A stretch of 64,000 nucleotides of DNA from Candidatus Doudnabacteria bacterium (GTDB taxonomy: Bacteria; Patescibacteriota; Doudnabacteria; UBA920; 2-01-FULL-46-14), in assembly GCA_041497195.1 (NCBI GenBank), contig JBGQGB010000001.1, positions 73,904-137,903 on the forward strand. Direction: 5' to 3'. Shown piece after piece: positions 40,395 through 51,720 of the stretch. Each line of letters starts with the position of its first letter. Within the stretch, counting starts at the first letter, position 1. Both the position numbers and the translations under genes were made by a program. Below the pieces are notes generated by a model. That model was not told where the DNA came from, made no database searches, and worked only from the letters and a program-made list of their open reading frames with translations.

Positions 40395-40706
40395 CTAAAA
40401 ACGGCGCTGACACTTTTTACAAACCCGCGTCTTCATCCCTTTCTCGTCAGTCAAATACCCCACGCGGGTGGGCTTGCGGCAATGCGGGCAGACAATCATC
40501 AGATTGGACGCGTCCATGGGCCTCGGAAACTGGACTTTTTGTCCTTTTTGCCCGCTCTGCTTCGGCTTCTCATGCCGGCTGTAAATATTGTGGCCCTCGA
40601 CAGTGGCTTGGCCGGTTTTGCCGGACACAAAAATGACCTTTCCGGTTTCGCCCCGGTCTTTGCCGCTGAGGATTTTGACTGTATCGCCCTTTTTTAGCGT
40701 CAACAT
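40395..40706 (-). CDS. rplX: 50S ribosomal protein L24 with an unusual C-terminal Cys4 zinc-ribbon
   Basis: KOW motif (KKGDTVKILSGKDRGETGKV), then CPHCRKPTRVGYLTDEKGMKTRVCKKCQ. Start set at MLTLKKGD. Confidence 0.8.
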   Translation of the reverse strand: MLTLKKGDTVKILSGKDRGETGKVIFVSGKTGQATVEGHNIYSRHEKPKQSGQKGQKVQFPRPMDASNLMIVCPHCRKPTRVGYLTDEKGMKTRVCKKCQRRF

Positions 40707-40707
40707 A

Positions 40708-41079
40708 TTAAATAACTTCCGGCGCAAGGCTAATAATCTTGGTAAAACCGAGGTCTCGCAGCTCGCGCGGGATCGGCCCGAAAATCCGAGTTCCTTTCGG
40801 TTCCTTGTTGTCTTTGTTTATCAAAACCGCGGCATTTTCGTCAAACCGGATATACGATCCGTCTGCCCGGCGCGTCTCTTTGCGCGTGCGGACGATCACG
40901 GCGTAGACTTTCTCGCCCTTTTTGACCTGACCGGAGGGAGCCGCGATTTTTACGGAAGCCACCACCACATCACCGAGTTTCGCATGCCGGTTTGAATTCT
41001 TGCCGGACACGCTGAAAAGCGCAATCTCTCTTGCGCCGGTGTTGTCCGCTACCGTCAACCTGGAACGTAAATGAAGCAT
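40708..41079 (-). CDS. rplN: 50S ribosomal protein L14
   Basis: [17 protein letters not shown]. Start set at the internal Met. The 14-aa N-terminal extension of the long ORF is spurious. Confidence 0.85.
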   Translation of the reverse strand: MLHLRSRLTVADNTGAREIALFSVSGKNSNRHAKLGDVVVASVKIAAPSGQVKKGEKVYAVIVRTRKETRRADGSYIRFDENAAVLINKDNKEPKGTRIFGPIPRELRDLGFTKIISLAPEVI

Positions 41080-41090
41080 ATTATTGAAAA

Positions 41091-41327
41091 TTATTTCACT
41101 TTTCTTAATACTCGCCACCGTTTGCCGGAAGACAAAGGCTTCGTCTCTTCGATCTCCACTATATCGCCGGTATGAAATTCCGATTTGTCGTCATGGGCTT
41201 TGTAGCGCTTGTGAATCGTATAGCGTTTGTGATACTTCGGGTGCCGTTTGACGACCGTGACTTTGACCACCACGGTTTTCTGCATCTTATCGCTGACGAT
41301 TTCTCCGAGAAGTTTCTTATTCGGCAT
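41091..41327 (-). CDS. rpsQ: 30S ribosomal protein S17
   Basis: [16 protein letters not shown], 78 aa. Confidence 0.85.
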   Translation of the reverse strand: MPNKKLLGEIVSDKMQKTVVVKVTVVKRHPKYHKRYTIHKRYKAHDDKSEFHTGDIVEIEETKPLSSGKRWRVLRKVK

Positions 41328-41511
41328 GTTTTTGCTCCCCCAAGATAGTTAGTATGCGGGCGACATCTTTCTTGGCCTGCCGCATCAGTTGGTGATTTTT
41401 GACCTCTTTGCTGGCGATGCGAAAACGCAAAGTCCGGACGTTGTCCTTGAGCTCGACTAGGAGCTTGGCCAGATCTACAGAATTTTTTTTGCGAAGTTCT
41501 TGAATCTTCAC
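41317..41511 (-). CDS. rpmC: 50S ribosomal protein L29
   Basis: 64 aa, ELRKK start. GTG start preceded by AGGAG. A 97-nt gap separates it from rplP. Confidence 0.8.
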   Translation of the reverse strand: MKIQELRKKNSVDLAKLLVELKDNVRTLRFRIASKEVKNHQLMRQAKKDVARILTILGEQKHAE

Positions 41512-41608
41512 CGTAGTGAGCTCCTGTGCCGGTTTAAGGATAGGCGCAAATTTGAATTGCGGAATTTTTTCATGGCAAATCTTCGCTCAGAATAAAAACT
41601 AAAAGTGT

Positions 41609-42022
41609 TCATACCTGCTGCCTTTCTTCAAAACTGGTTTTCACCGGCAATTTGTGAGAGGCCAAACGCATAGCCTCCTTGGCCTGATTCACGTTGACTC
41701 CGTCAATTTCAAACAGGACCCGGCCTTTCTTGACTACTGCTACAAAATGATCCACCGCGCCTTTACCGCCGCCCATGGGAATTTCGTTGCCTTTGGCCGT
41801 GATCGCTTTGTCCGGAAAAATTCTAATCCAAATCTTACCGCCGCGCTGGACGTAGCGGGTCATGGCGCGCCGGGCTGCTTCAATCTGCCGGCTCGTCACC
41901 CAGCCGTTGGTCGTGGCGCGTAAACCGTAATTGCCGAAGCTCAAATAATTTCCCGCCATGGCTTTGCCTTTGGTGTTCCCGCGGTGATGTTTCCTGTGTT
42001 TAGTTTTTTTAGGGATGAGCAT
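41609..42022 (-). CDS. rplP: 50S ribosomal protein L16
   Basis: [16 protein letters not shown]-terminus. Confidence 0.9.
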   Translation of the reverse strand: MLIPKKTKHRKHHRGNTKGKAMAGNYLSFGNYGLRATTNGWVTSRQIEAARRAMTRYVQRGGKIWIRIFPDKAITAKGNEIPMGGGKGAVDHFVAVVKKGRVLFEIDGVNVNQAKEAMRLASHKLPVKTSFEERQQV

Positions 42023-42039
42023 ATATAAATAAACAGTGT

Positions 42040-42726
42040 TTAGCGACCCAGCCGGCGTTCCGGCTTGGCTGCGGCGGCGTCTGGCTTCTGGGAAGCAAAA
42101 ATCTCGCCTTTGTTAATCCAAACTTTGATACCGACCGTTCCGTAAGTCGTAAATGCGGTGGCTTTGGCAAAATCGATCTGTGCCCGCAGGGTATGCAGGG
42201 GCAGCTTCCCTTTGTACAGCCATTCGGTCCGCGCGATCTCCGCACCCCCAAGACGGCCGGCCATCATAATCTTCACTCCCAAAGCACCCGCGTCCATAAT
42301 CTGTTCAATCGCGGTCTTGATGGCTCGACGGAACGCCATCCGCTTTTCGATCTGCTCAGCCAGCGTGTGCGCCCAAACCTGGGCTTCCAGGTTGAAATGT
42401 TTTGACTCTTCAATCGTAAGTTTCAGTTCGTGTTTGAGCTTCAAGGTCTTCTTCATCTGCTTTTTGAAATCTTCCACGCCCATGCCGCCTTTCCCGATAA
42501 TCATACCGGGTCGCGTCGAATGAACAATCACGTTGATTTCCTGATTCAACCGCTCTACATCGATGCGGATAATGCCGGCTTTGGCAAATTTTTTCCAGAC
42601 AAAATCGCGAATCAAGCTGTCCTCCTGCAAAGTCTGAGAAAATTTCCGGCCACGGGCAAACCAGCGCGATTTCCACGTTTCCGTAATATTGAGTCTCAGG
42701 CTGGTCGGATTGACTTTGTGTCCCAT
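42040..42726 (-). CDS. rpsC: 30S ribosomal protein S3
   Basis: [12 protein letters not shown]-terminus, KH domain, 228 aa. Confidence 0.9.
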   Translation of the reverse strand: MGHKVNPTSLRLNITETWKSRWFARGRKFSQTLQEDSLIRDFVWKKFAKAGIIRIDVERLNQEINVIVHSTRPGMIIGKGGMGVEDFKKQMKKTLKLKHELKLTIEESKHFNLEAQVWAHTLAEQIEKRMAFRRAIKTAIEQIMDAGALGVKIMMAGRLGGAEIARTEWLYKGKLPLHTLRAQIDFAKATAFTTYGTVGIKVWINKGEIFASQKPDAAAAKPERRLGR

Positions 42727-42766
42727 TGTCGTAATTTAAAAATCTGCCTTAGAAATAAACATTTTA

Positions 42767-43387
42767 CTACATGCTCCCCCGGCGATCAAAACCCGTATAG
42801 TGCTTTCCCTTGGTGTCTTCCTTGGGCGGCACTTGCGAGCCAGTGCCAGCCTTGTCTTTCTTGCGCCAAAAAGCGAAACGGGATTTCTTTACCGGAGCTT
42901 CCATCTTTGGTTCCGGTTCTTGCCTTTCCGCCTGTTCGATTTGCGCCTCCCGCTTGGCATCAGTCTTGGTTTCTACTTTTGCCGCGGCTAAGAACGGTTT
43001 GCGCTTGGCCGAAAGTTTGGTTTTGCTCACACCCAAGATGAGGTTGAGGTGACTGGTGCGCTTGCGCACCGGCATGGCCCGGCCTTGCGCCCGGGGGGTG
43101 TAGCGGAAAAATACCCGGCCGCCGTCGACGGAAAAATGTTTGATAAACAACCGCTCGGATTCGATTTGAAAATTGTGCGAAGCATTGGCGACCGCGGAGT
43201 GCAGAAGCTTCTTGATCGGCAGAACTGCCTTTTTGCTCAAAAAATCCAATTGCACCAAAGCCTCGTCCACAGGCATATTCCGCAGCAGGTCCACGACCAA
43301 ACGCGCTTTTCGCGGCGACACATGGACGCGCCGGGCAAAGGCTTTGACTTCGACTACTTCAGCTTTGGTCCCCTTTTCTTCTGCCAT
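42767..43387 (-). CDS. rplV: 50S ribosomal protein L22 with a 90-aa Lys/Ala/Glu-rich C-terminal extension
   Basis: AFARRVHVSPRKARLVVDLLR core. Tail ...KRKPFLAAAKVETKTDAKREAQIEQAERQE... Confidence 0.85.
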   Translation of the reverse strand: MAEEKGTKAEVVEVKAFARRVHVSPRKARLVVDLLRNMPVDEALVQLDFLSKKAVLPIKKLLHSAVANASHNFQIESERLFIKHFSVDGGRVFFRYTPRAQGRAMPVRKRTSHLNLILGVSKTKLSAKRKPFLAAAKVETKTDAKREAQIEQAERQEPEPKMEAPVKKSRFAFWRKKDKAGTGSQVPPKEDTKGKHYTGFDRRGSM

Positions 43388-43392
43388 AAATA

Positions 43393-43734
43393 TTATTTCT
43401 TCTCAGGTGTAGTTTCCTGCGCAGCCTGGATTTTCGCTTTCTCCGCTTCTGCGGCTGCCGTTGCTTCCTCTCTAGCCATCCGGCCACCATGCTTTACGAA
43501 TTTGCGGGTCTGCGCAAACTCGCCCAGCTTATGGCCGACCATATCTTCGGAGACGAAAACGTCAATAAAGGTTTTGCCGTTGTGCACGGCGAAAGTCAAA
43601 CCGACCATATCGGGCGTAATCGTACTGTCCCGCGACCAGGTTTTGATAGGCGTCTTATCGCCCGGTTTCTGGTTCTGGATTCTTTTGACTAGGTTCGGGT
43701 CGACAAACGGCCCTTTTTTCAGAGATCGACTCAT
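43393..43734 (-). CDS. rpsS: 30S ribosomal protein S19 (C-terminal extension)
   Basis: [12 protein letters not shown]-terminus, GHKLGEF motif. Confidence 0.9.
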   Translation of the reverse strand: MSRSLKKGPFVDPNLVKRIQNQKPGDKTPIKTWSRDSTITPDMVGLTFAVHNGKTFIDVFVSEDMVGHKLGEFAQTRKFVKHGGRMAREEATAAAEAEKAKIQAAQETTPEKK

Positions 43735-43753
43735 GGTTTTGTGAAGTTAAAAA

Positions 43754-44587
43754 CTATTTGCGTCGCTGAAGAATAAACTTGTTTGAGGCTTTGTGCTTGC
43801 GCCGGGTTTTCACGCCCAAAGCATGCTTGCCCCACGGAGTCTTAGGATATTTCAAACCAATCGGGTTGCGACCCTCGCCGCCGCCATGAGGGTGGTCCAC
43901 AGGATTCATAGCCTTGCCGCGCACGGTCGGCTTGATGCCCATGAGGCGCTTGCGGCCGGCTTTGCCAATGCGGACATTGAGATTATCAACGTTGGAAATC
44001 TGTCCGATTGTCGCCATGGTCTCTACCAAAAAACGGCGCAGCTCGCCTGAGGGCAATTTCAAAATAGCGTATGGCCCTTCGACTGCCATGATCGTGGCGT
44101 ACGAGCCGGCGCCTTTGACCACCTGGCCGCCTTTGCCCGGCTCGAGTTCGATATCGTGCACGAGGGTCCCGGCGGGAATATTCGTAAGCTTAGTCCGATT
44201 GCCCGGCTTGATCTCGACTTTTCCCTGTGAACTCATCACCTCTTGGCCAATCACCACTTCGTGAGGAGCCAAGATATATCGCTTCACTCCATCCCGGTAG
44301 GACAGGAGCGCTAAAAAAGCGGAACGGTTTGGATCGTATTCGATAGAAACTATCTTGGCGGGAATATTGAATTTCTCTCGCTGATTATCGATGATCCGGA
44401 TTTTTTTCTTGGAGCCGCCGCCGATGTGCCGGACCGTGATTTTACCTTGCTGGTTGCGCCCGCCGGACTTGGCTTTGTTGAAAAACAAACTGCGCGGCCC
44501 TTGCGGTTTTTTAGCCACACCCGAATAATCGATGGTCGAGGTCTTTCGCATTCCCGGGGTGGTAGGTTTGTAAAATTTTAGTGCCAT
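43754..44587 (-). CDS. rplB: 50S ribosomal protein L2
   Basis: [15 protein letters not shown] start, GGGEGR motif near the C-terminus. The 25-aa N-terminal extension of the long ORF is spurious. Confidence 0.9.
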   Translation of the reverse strand: MALKFYKPTTPGMRKTSTIDYSGVAKKPQGPRSLFFNKAKSGGRNQQGKITVRHIGGGSKKKIRIIDNQREKFNIPAKIVSIEYDPNRSAFLALLSYRDGVKRYILAPHEVVIGQEVMSSQGKVEIKPGNRTKLTNIPAGTLVHDIELEPGKGGQVVKGAGSYATIMAVEGPYAILKLPSGELRRFLVETMATIGQISNVDNLNVRIGKAGRKRLMGIKPTVRGKAMNPVDHPHGGGEGRNPIGLKYPKTPWGKHALGVKTRRKHKASNKFILQRRK

Positions 44588-44592
44588 ATATT

Positions 44593-45036
44593 TTATCCGA
44601 CTGACTCGATTATTCCCGGGATTTTTTCGCCTTTGGCCACAGTGACAATCGCCTTTTTCCACGCCGAAGTCCGGCCGACGCTGCGGCCGTAACGCCGGGC
44701 TTTACCCGGCTGCTTGACGATACGAACCGCTTCGACATGAACATTGTAAACCCGCTGAATGCTCTTTCTAATCTCTGATTTGTTCGCCTTGGTATGCACG
44801 GCGAAAACATATTTTCCCGAAGCAGCCAGGTGGGTGCCTTTCTCGGAGAGAATCGGACGCAATAAAACCTGATAAGCCTGGCTGGCGCCCAAATTTGGCC
44901 TCGCCTGTTGACGCGGGGCGCTAGATTCTACGGGAGTTTCCGGCTTGAGCGCTTTGCTCTCCGTCTTTTCCAGCGCAGGTTTTGCCGGCGCTGCTTCTAC
45001 TTTTTTCTTCAAACCCAGTTTATTGAGTATTCCCAT
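44593..45036 (-). CDS. rplW: 50S ribosomal protein L23 with a 50-aa Lys/Ala/Pro-rich N-terminal extension
   Basis: C-terminal L23 core ([11 protein letters not shown]...[18 protein letters not shown]). Confidence 0.8.
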   Translation of the reverse strand: MGILNKLGLKKKVEAAPAKPALEKTESKALKPETPVESSAPRQQARPNLGASQAYQVLLRPILSEKGTHLAASGKYVFAVHTKANKSEIRKSIQRVYNVHVEAVRIVKQPGKARRYGRSVGRTSAWKKAIVTVAKGEKIPGIIESVG

Positions 45037-45042
45037 ATCAGT

Positions 45043-45729
45043 TTATTTAACTTGTTTGATACTGCCCACTTCCACAACATCGCTGGTTGCGTCAGCGAGG
45101 TAAGTTTTTTCCATGACTGGGAGTGCATTTTTTAAGATCAAAATATTGTCACTCCAAAGCAAATCCAAAAGATTGAGATTGTTCGCCTGGGCAATTTTGA
45201 CATTTGCCAAATTTCTCGAGGAGCGAATCAAATTTTCCTGTTTATCGGCCGTCAGAATCAAAACTTTACGGCCTTTCAGAAGCTTCTCCAATCCCTTGAG
45301 CTTGCTTTGCAGTTCCCTAGTTTTCGATTGAGCGGTGACCAAATCTTCGAGCACGACGATGCGACCATCTTGGGCGCGGTCACTCAATACGGAAAGAAGA
45401 AGGGCACGCTTGGTTTTGCGATTGACCTTTTTGTGGTAATTTCTGGCCGGACTCGGGCCAAAAATGATTCCGCCTCCGCGCCATAAAGGCGAACGGATGG
45501 ATCCGACGCGGGCCCGACCAGTACCTTTTTGCTTCCACGGTTTTTTTCCTCCTCCGCGGACGTTACCGCGAGTTTTGGTGGATGAGATCGGTTGGCGCAG
45601 ATTCGCGAGCATAGCCGTGACCACTAATTGCAAAACTGCCGGATTGACTTTGGCCTTGCCGAAAAGTTTGGCACTAAGTTCCATTTCCCCGACATTCGCC
45701 CCCGTATCATTGTAGACAGTACTTTTCAT
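45043..45729 (-). CDS. rplD: 50S ribosomal protein L4
   Basis: 228 aa, position between L3 and L23. Confidence 0.85.
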   Translation of the reverse strand: MKSTVYNDTGANVGEMELSAKLFGKAKVNPAVLQLVVTAMLANLRQPISSTKTRGNVRGGGKKPWKQKGTGRARVGSIRSPLWRGGGIIFGPSPARNYHKKVNRKTKRALLLSVLSDRAQDGRIVVLEDLVTAQSKTRELQSKLKGLEKLLKGRKVLILTADKQENLIRSSRNLANVKIAQANNLNLLDLLWSDNILILKNALPVMEKTYLADATSDVVEVGSIKQVK

Positions 45730-45735
45730 AAAAAA

Positions 45736-46365
45736 TTATTTAGCCGCCTCCTTGGCCTCAGCGGCCTCTACCTTGGCCTCTTCTTTTTTGTAATCGGCTA
45801 ATTTCGGCATCTGTTTGATCTTGCCGGTCGTGACTATTTTCAATAAACCTTGGGGAGCTCCCGGAACGCCGCCTTTGACGAAGAGCAATTTCTTGCCCGG
45901 CTCCACCGCGACGATCACGGAATTTTTCACACTGGCCTTGGCAGCGCCCATATGCCCGGCCATGCGCAACCCCGGCCGCACGTGCTGAGGAAAACGCTGA
46001 CCAATCGAACCGACGGCGCGCGGATGATCGTGGCCGTGGGTGGCGGGTGCTCCGTGAAATCCATGCCGCTTTACTGCCCCAGCAAACCCGCGACCCTTGC
46101 TGATCCCGGTAACATTGATGACCTCACCCGGGGTAAAATCGCCAACAGTCAGTTCCTGACCGACTTGATAGTCACCGGCAGTGATGCGAAATTCCCGTTT
46201 ATTCTTGCCAAACACAACCTGGACCGCCTGGTATTTATCTTTCTCTGTAGTTCTGACCATTGTCACTTTGCACTCAGGCACCTCCAAAACCGTGACAGGT
46301 ACGACTTTGCCGTCATCGGTGAACAATTGGGTCATATTCAGTTTGCGCGCCAGAATAAATGTCAT
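45736..46365 (-). CDS. rplC: 50S ribosomal protein L3
   Basis: ARKLNMTQLFTDDGKVVPVTVLEV aligns with E. coli [24 protein letters not shown]. Start set at the ATG at 46365. The longer ORF to 46404 would run through a terminator-like hairpin. Confidence 0.85.
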   Translation of the reverse strand: MTFILARKLNMTQLFTDDGKVVPVTVLEVPECKVTMVRTTEKDKYQAVQVVFGKNKREFRITAGDYQVGQELTVGDFTPGEVINVTGISKGRGFAGAVKRHGFHGAPATHGHDHPRAVGSIGQRFPQHVRPGLRMAGHMGAAKASVKNSVIVAVEPGKKLLFVKGGVPGAPQGLLKIVTTGKIKQMPKLADYKKEEAKVEAAEAKEAAK

Positions 46366-46370
46366 GGGAT

Positions 46371-46396
46371 TTAAAAAAACTGGTCCGACCGACCAG
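46371..46396 (-). terminator. Terminator/attenuator-like hairpin plus T7 run immediately upstream of rplC
   Basis: On the minus strand, CTGGTCggtcgGACCAG followed by TTTTTTT, ending 5 nt before the rplC ATG. It lies in an unusual 175-nt rpsJ-rplC spacer. Confidence 0.45.
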
Positions 46397-46540
46397 TAAA
46401 GCAAAATCTATCTTAAATAGACTTTCTACTGGTAAATCGTTATCCCGAGTTGCAAGCGGTTTGGGCTTTGCACCGACTCAAGAACCTATTTACCGATCTT
46501 AACCTGAAAATTTAGCAATAAACTTTATTCTTTCTAAAAC

Positions 46541-46873
46541 TTACATCTTTATCTCGATATCCACGCCAGCGGGAAGATTGAGATTGGTCAGTGAATCAAT
46601 GGTTTTCTGGGTGGGAGCCAAAATATCAATGAGCCGTTTGTGGATCCTCATCTCGTACTGATCCCGAGAATCCTTGTGGACAAACGTCGAACGCAATACC
46701 GTATATTTGGTCTTTTCCGTGGGCAAGGGTACTGGCCCGGAAATGGTCGCCCCGCTCTTTCTCGCCGTCTCCACTATCTGCTTCGCGCTCTGGTCAATAA
46801 GCTTGTGATCATAAGCGCGGATCTTGATGCGAATTCTTTGATGTTCTTGTACGACGTCTGTTTTGGCCTTCAT
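46541..46873 (-). CDS. rpsJ: 30S ribosomal protein S10
   Basis: [14 protein letters not shown] motif, 110 aa. Confidence 0.9.
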   Translation of the reverse strand: MKAKTDVVQEHQRIRIKIRAYDHKLIDQSAKQIVETARKSGATISGPVPLPTEKTKYTVLRSTFVHKDSRDQYEMRIHKRLIDILAPTQKTIDSLTNLNLPAGVDIEIKM

Positions 46874-46875
46874 TG

Positions 46876-48060
46876 TTACTTGGTAATCTTGGTAACCACT
46901 CCCGCCCCGACCGTATGCCCGCCTTCGCGAATGGCGAAACGACCCTGTTCCTCAAGCGCTACCGGCACAATTAATTTGACCTGCAGATTGATGGTGTCGC
47001 CGGGCATGACCATTTCTTTGCCGGCAGGGAGGGTCACGTCTCCTGTCACGTCAGTGGTTCGGATATAAAACTGCGGTTTGTATCCCGTGAAAAAAGCTGT
47101 ATGCCTGCCACCTTCGTCTTTGGTCAAGATATAGACCTCCGCGTCAAATTCGGTATGAGGGGTAATGGAGCCGGGCTTGGCCAAAACTTGTCCGCGCTCG
47201 ACTTCTTCCTTTTTGGTACCGCGCAAGAGCACTCCGGCGTTGTCGCCAGCGCGGCCTTCGTCCAATGATTTATTGAACATTTCGATACCGGTCACAACGG
47301 TCTTTTGGGTCGGCTTCAAACCGACGATTTCTACTTCATCATTGAGTTTGACCATGCCCCGCTCGATCCTGCCCGTCACTACAGTCCCGCGGCCTTCAAT
47401 GGAGAAAATATCTTCAATCGGCATCAGGAACGGCTTGTCTGTCTCGCGTTTCGGTTCCGGGAAATAGGCATCCATAGTTTCCAGAAGTTTTCCAATAGAC
47501 TCCAAAGCAGCCGGATCATCCTCGGTCGCCTTCAAAGCGGAACCGCGGATAATCGGGGTGTCCTTGCCCGGGTAATTGTATTTGTTCAAAAGTTCGCGCA
47601 CTTCCTCTTCCACCAGATCGATGAGCTCCTTGTCATCCACCATGTCGACTTTATTCAAAAAAACGATGATATCAGGCACGCCTACCTGCCGAGCCAAAAG
47701 AATGTGCTCGCGGGTTTGCGGCATCGGACCGTCAGCAGCGGATACGACGAGAACAGCACCATCCATCTGAGCGGCACCCGTAATCATGTTTTTGATGTAG
47801 TCCGCGTGTCCGGGAGCGTCAACGTGGGCATAGTGGCGTTTCTCAGTCTCGTATTCGACGTGCGAAGTATTGATGGTGATTCCGCGCTCTTTTTCCTCAG
47901 GAGCGTTGTCGATGGAATCATAAGACCGCTCTTTGGCCAAGCCTTTTTTGGCTAAATAATGGGTAATTGCCGCGGTCAATGTGGTCTTGCCATGGTCAAC
48001 GTGACCAATGGTGCCAACGTTAATGTGCGGTTTAGTTCGGTCAAATTTCCCTACTGCCAT
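46876..48060 (-). CDS. tuf: Elongation factor Tu
   Basis: [19 protein letters not shown] motifs, 394 aa. Confidence 0.95.
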   Translation of the reverse strand: MAVGKFDRTKPHINVGTIGHVDHGKTTLTAAITHYLAKKGLAKERSYDSIDNAPEEKERGITINTSHVEYETEKRHYAHVDAPGHADYIKNMITGAAQMDGAVLVVSAADGPMPQTREHILLARQVGVPDIIVFLNKVDMVDDKELIDLVEEEVRELLNKYNYPGKDTPIIRGSALKATEDDPAALESIGKLLETMDAYFPEPKRETDKPFLMPIEDIFSIEGRGTVVTGRIERGMVKLNDEVEIVGLKPTQKTVVTGIEMFNKSLDEGRAGDNAGVLLRGTKKEEVERGQVLAKPGSITPHTEFDAEVYILTKDEGGRHTAFFTGYKPQFYIRTTDVTGDVTLPAGKEMVMPGDTINLQVKLIVPVALEEQGRFAIREGGHTVGAGVVTKITK

Positions 48061-48135
48061 AGCTTTTGTCCTTACTCTATAGATTAATAAAAAATAAATA
48101 TTTAAGTGTTCACAATATAACAGATTTGTCCCGGT

Positions 48136-48408
48136 CTAGTCAAGCGGCTCGATTTTAATCTCATCAGGCAGGTCCTGGATGACTTCTTCCCGCAAATCCA
48201 GAAGCTGCGCATGAGTGACCTGCTCATTGACTCGTTCAATTTGCTCGAGGCGCTTGCGCAAACGGGAAGCCGCCTCGGGAACCGCCAGATCCTGAAACTC
48301 CTGGTAATCCATCAGGACGGCGCTGGGCTTGCCGTCTTCGACAATGATGAACTTGCCGCCAATGAGTTTCAAAAGGCGAAATAAATTGTCCATTTGCCCT
48401 GACTGCAT
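48136..48408 (-). CDS. Phd/YefM-like antitoxin-fold small protein, with no partner toxin
   Basis: KFIIVEDGKPSAVLMDYQEFQDL resembles the YefM/Phd N-terminal beta-hairpin region. 90 aa, between fusA and tuf. Confidence 0.4.
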   Translation of the reverse strand: MQSGQMDNLFRLLKLIGGKFIIVEDGKPSAVLMDYQEFQDLAVPEAASRLRKRLEQIERVNEQVTHAQLLDLREEVIQDLPDEIKIEPLD

Positions 48409-48460
48409 AATTTAATCGAATTTACTTCTTAATCCGTCCGGGAACAATTACTCTTAAAAA

Positions 48461-50584
48461 TTATCTATTCTGACCGACGCGGATCTTGACGCCATCTCCA
48501 ATCATCTTTTCCGCAATGTGTTTCGGCACTTCGGCATAGTGGGAAAATTCCATAGTGTACGAAGCTTGTCCTTGCGACATGCTCCTGATCGCAGTAGCAT
48601 AGCCGAACATTTCGCCCAAAGGAACCTCGGCATCGATCACCTTGTTGCGCGCCCGTTCCGTCATTTGCTTGATCTGCCCGCGCTTGGAGGAAATGTCGCC
48701 GATCACGTCACCCATGTACTCCTCCGGGGTGACGACTTCAACTTTCATGACCGGTTCGAGAAGTATCGGGTCCGCTTTTTTGACCGCATCCTGGAAAGCT
48801 TTTGAGGCGGCGATTTTGAAAGCAATTTCCGAGGAGTCCACCTCGTGAAAACTGCCGTCATACAAAGCGGCCTTGAAATCCACGACTGGAAAACCGGCGA
48901 TAACGCCGTTGTCCGCCGCTTCCATGATGCCCTTTCCGACAGCCGGAATATATTCCCGCGGGATAGTGCCGCCCACGACTTCATCGAGAAACTCCCGACC
49001 CTTACCGCGCTCTTGCGGCTCCAGCCTCAGCCACACATGCCCATACTGACCGCGTCCGCCAGTCTGGCGGATGTATTTGCCTTCTTGCTCGACGGTTCTT
49101 TTGAAAGTTTCCTTGTAAGCGACTTGCGGCGCGCCGACATTGGCTTCGACTTTGAATTCGCGTTTCATCCGATCCACGATAATTTCCAGATGCAGTTCCC
49201 CCATCCCGGAAATGATAGTTTGCCCGGTCTCCTCATCGCCTTTGATGCGGAAAGTCGGATCTTCTTCCGCCAGCTTCTGCAAGGCAATGCCCATTTTTTC
49301 CTGGTCTGCTTTCGTCCTGGGCTCGATGGCCTGGGAAATGACCGGCTCGGGGAACACAATTGACTCCAAGATTATCGGCTGATCCTCGTCAGAGAGCGTA
49401 TCGCCCGTAAAAGTATCTTTGGGCCCGACCAGGGCGGCAATATCACCGGCGTAGACTTCTTTGATTTCCTCACGGTCGTTAGCATGCAAACGCACCAGAC
49501 GGCCGACTCGCTCCTTGTTCCCGGATCGCGTATTTAAAATATAGGAGCCGGCTGACAGGGTGCCGGAATAAACGCGAAAAAAAGCCAGTTTGCCCACAAA
49601 TGGGTCAGTGGCAATTTTGAAAGCTAGGGCGCTAAACGGATCCGCGTCAAGAGGATTTCGCACCAGCTCGGCATCAGTCTTGGGATCCTTGCCCTTGACC
49701 GGACCTTTGTCAGTGGGGCTTGGCAAAAAATTGGTGACCGCGTCTAGGATGCTTTGCACGATGATGCCCCGACCATCCCCCCCGAGGACCGGGTAAAACT
49801 TTCCGCTCTGCGCCGCTTTTCTGATGGCAACCAAAAACTCCGGCTGGGAAATTTCCTGACCGGCCAGATATTTTTCCAAAAGAACGTCATCGCTTTCGAC
49901 GACTTTTTCCAGGAGATTGTGCCGATATTCTTCGGCTTTGACCCGTAGATCAGAGGGAACTTCCCCGACCGTAAAATCTTTGTCCATATAGTCTTTATAT
50001 GTATAGCCTTTCATCTGGACCAAATCGACAAAGCCGACGACGTCCTTTTCGAAACCGATCGGAATTTGGATGGGAAGTGCATCCTCGGACAACCGCTTGT
50101 GGATGGAATCAAGGCTTTTGTAAAAATCCCCACCCGTCTGGTTAATTTTGTTGATGAAACACATCCGCGGCACGTGATATTTGTCAGCTTGGCGCCAGAC
50201 TGTCTCGCTCTGCGGCTCCACTCCCATTTTTCCGTCAAATATGACCACGGTGCCGTCGAGCACCCGAAGCGACCGCTCCACTTCCACGGTAAAATCCACG
50301 TGGCCGGGCGTGTCGATGATGTTGATGCGATACTTTTTCTCTCCGTCGATGCGGTTGAATTTCGGAGTCCAGTAGCAAGTCACGGCCGCAGCAGTGATAG
50401 TGATCCCACGCTCGCGCTCCTGCTCCATCCAGTCAGTCGTGGTATCACCCTCATGGACCATGCCGATTTTGTGAATCAAGCCAGTATTAAACAAAATGCC
50501 TTCCGTGACCGTGGTTTTGCCAGCGTCAATGTGGGCAATGATGCCAATATTTCGAGTTTGTCCAATCGGCAGCTCTCGCGCCAT
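48461..50584 (-). CDS. fusA: Elongation factor G
   Basis: [17 protein letters not shown] motifs, 707 aa. Confidence 0.95.
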   Translation of the reverse strand: MARELPIGQTRNIGIIAHIDAGKTTVTEGILFNTGLIHKIGMVHEGDTTTDWMEQERERGITITAAAVTCYWTPKFNRIDGEKKYRINIIDTPGHVDFTVEVERSLRVLDGTVVIFDGKMGVEPQSETVWRQADKYHVPRMCFINKINQTGGDFYKSLDSIHKRLSEDALPIQIPIGFEKDVVGFVDLVQMKGYTYKDYMDKDFTVGEVPSDLRVKAEEYRHNLLEKVVESDDVLLEKYLAGQEISQPEFLVAIRKAAQSGKFYPVLGGDGRGIIVQSILDAVTNFLPSPTDKGPVKGKDPKTDAELVRNPLDADPFSALAFKIATDPFVGKLAFFRVYSGTLSAGSYILNTRSGNKERVGRLVRLHANDREEIKEVYAGDIAALVGPKDTFTGDTLSDEDQPIILESIVFPEPVISQAIEPRTKADQEKMGIALQKLAEEDPTFRIKGDEETGQTIISGMGELHLEIIVDRMKREFKVEANVGAPQVAYKETFKRTVEQEGKYIRQTGGRGQYGHVWLRLEPQERGKGREFLDEVVGGTIPREYIPAVGKGIMEAADNGVIAGFPVVDFKAALYDGSFHEVDSSEIAFKIAASKAFQDAVKKADPILLEPVMKVEVVTPEEYMGDVIGDISSKRGQIKQMTERARNKVIDAEVPLGEMFGYATAIRSMSQGQASYTMEFSHYAEVPKHIAEKMIGDGVKIRVGQNR

Positions 50585-50587
50585 AGT

Positions 50588-51073
50588 TTATCTCCTATTA
50601 AACCTCGCGAAATGAGCAAACGCCCAGTTGGCCTCAGCCATCCGGTGAGTGTCTTCTTTCTTTTTGATAGCCGTGCCTTGATTGTTAAAAGCAGACATAA
50701 TTTCCTCAGCCAGCTTGACATGCATAGGCTTGCCTTTCGTGCTGCGGGCCGCGCCGATGAGCCACCGCATCCCCAGAGTGGTTTTGCGCGGCTCCACGAC
50801 TTCTAGAGGCACTTGATAGTTGGCTCCGCCGATACGCCGGCTTTTGACTTCCAAAAGCGGGCTGACATTTTTCAGCGCAGTGTCGAAAATTTGCCGCGGC
50901 TCGGTATTCATCTTTTCCTTGATGTAATTGAAAGCCTCGTAGACGATTTTTTGGGCAACGGATTTTTTGCCGCGCTCCATGACGTGGTTTATGAACTTCG
51001 CCACTTTGACGTTGTTGTATTTGGGATCGGGCTCAATCTTGTGTCGTTTATATGTGCGACTTTTTCTAGGCAT
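50588..51073 (-). CDS. rpsG: 30S ribosomal protein S7
   Basis: 161 aa, MPRKSR... start, after rpsL. Confidence 0.9.
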   Translation of the reverse strand: MPRKSRTYKRHKIEPDPKYNNVKVAKFINHVMERGKKSVAQKIVYEAFNYIKEKMNTEPRQIFDTALKNVSPLLEVKSRRIGGANYQVPLEVVEPRKTTLGMRWLIGAARSTKGKPMHVKLAEEIMSAFNNQGTAIKKKEDTHRMAEANWAFAHFARFNRR

Positions 51074-51162
51074 TGATTTAGCTTGTAGGAATTAGCTTGC
51101 AGCTTGTTTTGGTTCTGGGGAAATTCCCTACCACCTACAAGCTACCAGCCATACCCTAATAA

Positions 51163-51579
51163 TTATTTCGGTCGTTTAGCTCCGTATTTACTCCGACTGC
51201 GGCGACGATTTTCCACTCCGGCGGCATCGAGCTTGCCGCGGATAATATGGTACCGCACGCCCGGCAAATCTTTGACCCGACCGCCACGAATCATGACCAC
51301 TGCGTGCTCCTGCAAATTGTGGCCGATGCCCGGGATGTAAGCAGTCACTTCCTGACCGTTGGTCAGACGCACGCGGGCGACTTTGCGGATGGCGGAGTTC
51401 GGTTTTTTCGGCGTGGTAGTATAGACCTTGATGCAAACGCCACGTTTGAACGGCGACCCTTTGGGCAATTCCACCGGCCGGTTTTTGATCAGATTGAAAG
51501 CGCGCTGCAAAGCCGGGCTCTTGGACTTGTATTTGAGCGGGTGCCGGCCTTTTCGGATTAATTGGTTGATTGTAGGCAT
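51163..51579 (-). CDS. rpsL: 30S ribosomal protein S12
   Basis: [12 protein letters not shown] start (an alternative ATG is 3 codons upstream), PKKPNSA motif. Confidence 0.9.
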   Translation of the reverse strand: MPTINQLIRKGRHPLKYKSKSPALQRAFNLIKNRPVELPKGSPFKRGVCIKVYTTTPKKPNSAIRKVARVRLTNGQEVTAYIPGIGHNLQEHAVVMIRGGRVKDLPGVRYHIIRGKLDAAGVENRRRSRSKYGAKRPK

Positions 51580-51628
51580 GGATTTCAATAAAAAGTACGC
51601 AAGCTCAGCGCCTCGTACTGTGTACGAA

Positions 51629-51657
51629 CATCATAACAAGGTCGAAAACTTTCGTCA
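51629..51657 (-). promoter_or_regulatory. Candidate sigma70 promoter of the str/S10/spc superoperon
   Basis: On the minus strand: TTGACG, a 17-nt spacer, then TATGAT. About 40 nt upstream of the rpsL start. Confidence 0.45.
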
Positions 51658-51720
51658 AATCCCAAAAATGCTTCTGCGACTTTGATTGACAGACAAAGCC
51701 GCGCTTTGTAGAAATCACTT

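Noticed and set aside
44588-44662. N-terminal extensions of long ORFs for rplB, rplC, rplN and rplX
   Set aside because: The conserved ribosomal protein N-termini align to internal Mets, and the extensions would overlap upstream genes or structures. I used the shorter starts.
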